Positions 1-34,936 of a stretch of DNA of 34,936 bases are shown here, one piece after another. Positions within the stretch are counted from its first letter, which is position 1, and each line of letters starts with the position of its first letter. The position numbers were made by a program, and so were the translations under genes. Location of the stretch: contig NC_069003.1 in the NCBI RefSeq assembly GCF_001194135.2, positions 18,474,763 through 18,509,698 on the forward strand. Direction: 5' to 3'. Source of the stretch: Octopus bimaculoides (Eukaryota). The notes beneath the pieces are model-generated. The model ran no database searches. It was not told the origin of the DNA and saw only the letters and a program-made list of their open reading frames with translations.

Positions 1-155
1 TCATTTACTTATTTATTTACTTCAAAATTTTCGTTGTGTCTTGCAACCTTTTTCCATTGAAAATTTTGGGAAAAATAAATAAGTAAATGTGTGGAAATCG
101 AACCAGTGAGTGTGTTAAATAATAAGGCACTAAAACAAAATGACTCTCCCCATAC

Positions 156-214
<59 letters not shown>

Positions 215-1309
215 TGTATGTATGCACATCTATCTATCTATCTATCTATCTATCTGTGTGTGTGTGTGTGCGTGTGTGTGTGTATGTTCATTTGTATATA
301 TATGTGTATGTATATAAATCCATACATGCATATACATATTCAAAGTACTTGACTAAATAAAAGAATATTTAGACTTTCACTGCACCCCCTCCCATCCCAT
401 CACCATCCTCTTTACGATCGCAACCTGTTTGTGCTCAGTCTTCAAGTACTGTCTTGGGTCTCGGTGATTGTCTTGGCATTGCTTTTCATTCATGCTTCCA
501 TTAATGAAATATGTTCCTGGCCATTGTATTGGAGTTGATATTAAATACACCATTGTACACCCTTCCCACCTTTCTCTCTTGCAAATGTATAAGATTATGA
601 CCATCAGATGTATATTAATTATATATACACATGTATCATGGAGAAATTACCCTAGCAGACAACATAAATATAGCATCATATTTTCAATGGTTGTATTAGA
701 CATCTACATATATATGTTGTGTGTGTGTTTGTGTGTGTGTATGTATCTATTTCTCTGTCTGTATATGTCATTAGCAATATTGCAACCCCAAACAAATTTG
801 AGTAGTCGTTGTTTATATTCCCATATGATCGGGATTAAAAAGTCAAACTATAAGCTTATATAAATAATTCCAAAGTAGAATATATAGAATATTTTGGCCT
901 AACATTTCAAAAAATTCTTCATCAGAGACAATAGTATTTTCTTTTGGTAAGAAATAGAAAGAAAAAAGGAAAATAAAAATGCTGAATCAGAGAGGAGTGG
1001 GATGAAGTTAAAATGGTGAAAAACAGAGAGAAGTTAGAAGGAGATTCTATTTGATGGCATCTAGGGCAGACTAACTTTCTCGCCAAAAAATGTGACAAGA
1101 AAAAAAATCCACCCCGGGTCCTATATACAAACTTGGACCTCCAATAAGCTTGCTTTTTCCTTGCATGTTTTATTACTGTAATCATGTAAGATATTTTCAC
1201 TATCATGATTTCCTGCTTTATGGTTAGCTCTCATGCTAACTTGCTTTTTATATACAGTGTACTCAAGAAGACCCTCGCACCACAACAGAATTGAGATCCT
1301 AAAACTAAG

Positions 1310-1570
1310 GTGTCACATAAAATGCATTGGTGTGGGTGTTGGTACCATGTAAAAGGACTGGTGATGGTACCACATAAAAAGCATCCCGTACGTTCTGTAG
1401 AGTGGTTAACATTTGGAAGGGCATCCAGCTGTAGAAACCAAGCCAAAATAGATTATGGAACCTGGTACAGCCTCTGGCCTGGCTAGTTCCTATCAAGCTG
1501 TCCAACCCATGTCAGCATGGAAAATAGATGTTAAAAGTTGATGATGATGATGATGATGGTGATGCTGATG
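1310..1570 (+). mobile_element. (GAT)n-tailed retroposon family E
   Basis: ggaagggcatccagctgtagaaacc...ccaacccatgtcagcatggaaaa..gatgatgat; reverse-complement copies at about 12520-12760 and 14380-14710; 3' fragment at 15135-15243. Confidence 0.75.
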
Positions 1571-1904
1571 AATGTTTTCTGTTATTGGTAAGGTATTTTT
1601 GTAATGTTTTGTAATGTACTGCAAGATTGCTTTAAATACTGAAGGCTTTAATACACTAAGAACTTTTTTCCTGTCTGTGCTCTGTTGAAACTGAGGTGCA
1701 TTTGATATATTCATGCATCTTTTATGCAATTAAATATGGTATATACCTGATAGCAATCAAAGAAGGGTGACAGTCAACAAAGACACTATCTTTTATATTT
1801 TACTTGTTTCCGTCATATGGTGCAACACAGTGGGACTGAACCTGAAACCATGTCATCAAGAAGGAAGCTTCTTACCACACCTGCATCTAGGTATGTATGT
1901 GTGT

Positions 1905-1924
<20 letters not shown>

Positions 1925-1949
<25 letters not shown>

Positions 1950-2107
1950 TGTCTGTCCCCACTCCATTGCTTTAGAACCAGTGTTGGTTTGTTTACATTC
2001 TATAACTTAGCAGTTCAGCAAAAGACACCAGTGGAATAGAACAAATATTAGACTTACAGGTAAGTACTAGGGTTGACCACAGTCCTATGACTGAAACAAG
2101 TAAAAAG
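1925..2107 (+). mobile_element. SINE family A, degenerate 3' half (a deleted minus-strand copy lies at about 1795-1865)
   Basis: taacttagcagttcagcaaaagac...atgactgaaacaagtaaaa. Confidence 0.65.
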
Positions 2108-2594
2108 ATGTATCTGGAGGATGTTGGAGCTAGATTATTCTGCCATCCATCTTTGATTTTGACAGCAATATCCCTTTCTGCTGAAGACTGTGTTGCAGGG
2201 TGGATGGTGCTGATGGAATGTTTGTTTCTTGTGCAGCATAATTTAACATGAAGAGTGTGAATGTCGATGACTGACAATGTATGATGTCTGGGTTTGTAAC
2301 CTGACTAGAAGTCGAAGGTTTGTATAGAAAACTATGCTCATCACTACACTCTGGTATCTGGTATCTGTGGCCAGGACAGTTACTCTAGAACAAGCCAGAG
2401 ACAGTGATTCTATGCAATAGCTTCCATGCTGATAGAGAAAAATGACAACCATTATATTTGCTGCTGGCATATAATGCAACTTTCTCTTTAAAAAAACCTG
2501 TTTTATATGTGTCATAGTTACATTTTAAGTAAAATGATTTTCCTAACAATATTGCTTCGTAAACTTTTATTTTTTAAAATATCTCCTGATATCT

Positions 2595-2958
2595 TTTTCT
2601 TGTTTCAGACTGTGGCCATGCTGGGGCACCTTCTTGAAGAATTTTTAGTCGAATGAACTGACTCCATTACCCATTATTTTAAGCTGGTACTTATTCTATC
2701 AGTCTGTTTTGCTGAACTGCTAGGTTACAGGGACATAAACACAGTAACACTGGTTGTCAAGCAGTGGTGGGAACCAACACAGACACAAAGACACAGATGC
2801 ATATATATGACAGGCTTCTTTTCAGTTTCTGCCTACCAAATCCACTCACAAGGCTTTGGTCAGCCCGAGGCTATAGTAAAAGACACTTGCCCAAGGTTGG
2901 GACTGAACCTGGAACCGTGTGGTCGGGAAGTAAGCTCCTTACCACTCAGCTATGCCTG
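2595..2958 (-). mobile_element. tRNA-derived SINE family A
   Basis: Head with A/B-box-like motifs (ggttcagtccc), internal (TG)n, tail catggcc.cagtc..atgactgaaacaag; shared with seven or more other copies in the window. Confidence 0.8.
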
Positions 2959-3122
2959 TGACCTAAAAATATTGCTTCCTAAGCATTTTTTTTTTCAAAA
3001 GTAAATTTTTTTTAATGAAACAATGGCATCTTATACTTTAGCAAATAACAGTGAATAACATGAGTCCTTTAGTCCAGCCCTATACAATTCCTGCCAGATT
3101 TTTTCCCTCTTTGCTCATGACT

Positions 3123-34641
<31,519 letters not shown>

Positions 34642-34868
34642 CTGAAACGAAATACAATAAACACACGATTGAATATACCAATTAAATAAAAGATGTATTT
34701 GTAAGATCGAATGATGTTGTGACAGATGTTTAGGGGGTTCGAGCAAGAAATTTTATCTATTTTATCTGCAACGAATTGAATGGTGCAACTGGATACCGCT
34801 GTTTTGACGTGGGATGATTTGGCGCTGAAGGCATACAATGCACACACGCATACACACAGAAAACCATA

Positions 34869-34936
<68 letters not shown>

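Noticed and set aside
373-538. Plus-strand TM-like frame (VLSWVSVIVLALLFIHAS) as the last exon of a neighbouring gene
   Set aside because: The acceptor lacks a pyrimidine tract, there is no homology cue and no supporting exons.
2243-2515. Further minus-strand ITIH exon
   Set aside because: No acceptor gave an open, ITIH-like frame in the required phase 1; the left end overlaps a repeat also seen at about 8410-8500.

Overview
Eukaryotic, AT-rich, microsatellite- and SINE-dense genomic DNA with six assembly gaps. The repeat content resembles an Octopus (coleoid cephalopod) draft assembly; this is an inference, not a database result. One protein-coding gene spans nearly the whole window on the minus strand: an inter-alpha-trypsin inhibitor heavy chain (ITIH)-like VIT+vWA gene. 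I reconstructed nine GT-AG exons with consistent phases (34641-34487, 19472-19374, 18140-17893, 13533-13370, 11902-11614, 10458-9758, 4656-4545, 3400-3368, 3193-3123), totalling 1872 nt or 623 codons plus stop. The start/signal-peptide exon lies beyond the right edge. The vWA MIDAS residues are intact, but the protein appears to end without the ITIH Asp-Pro cleavage site and C-terminal domain. The introns contain: a decayed DD37D (maT-type) Tc1/mariner element; RTE, R4/Dong-like and Tx1-like LINE remnants; several tRNA-derived SINE families; a 298-bp CpG-rich solo-LTR-like insertion with a perfect 5-bp TSD; several MITE/fold-back hairpins; and a CpG-rich promoter-like island. CpG density steps up sharply near 19 kb. 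I found no prokaryotic system, CRISPR array or true RNA gene, and nothing that by itself shows a new biological system.
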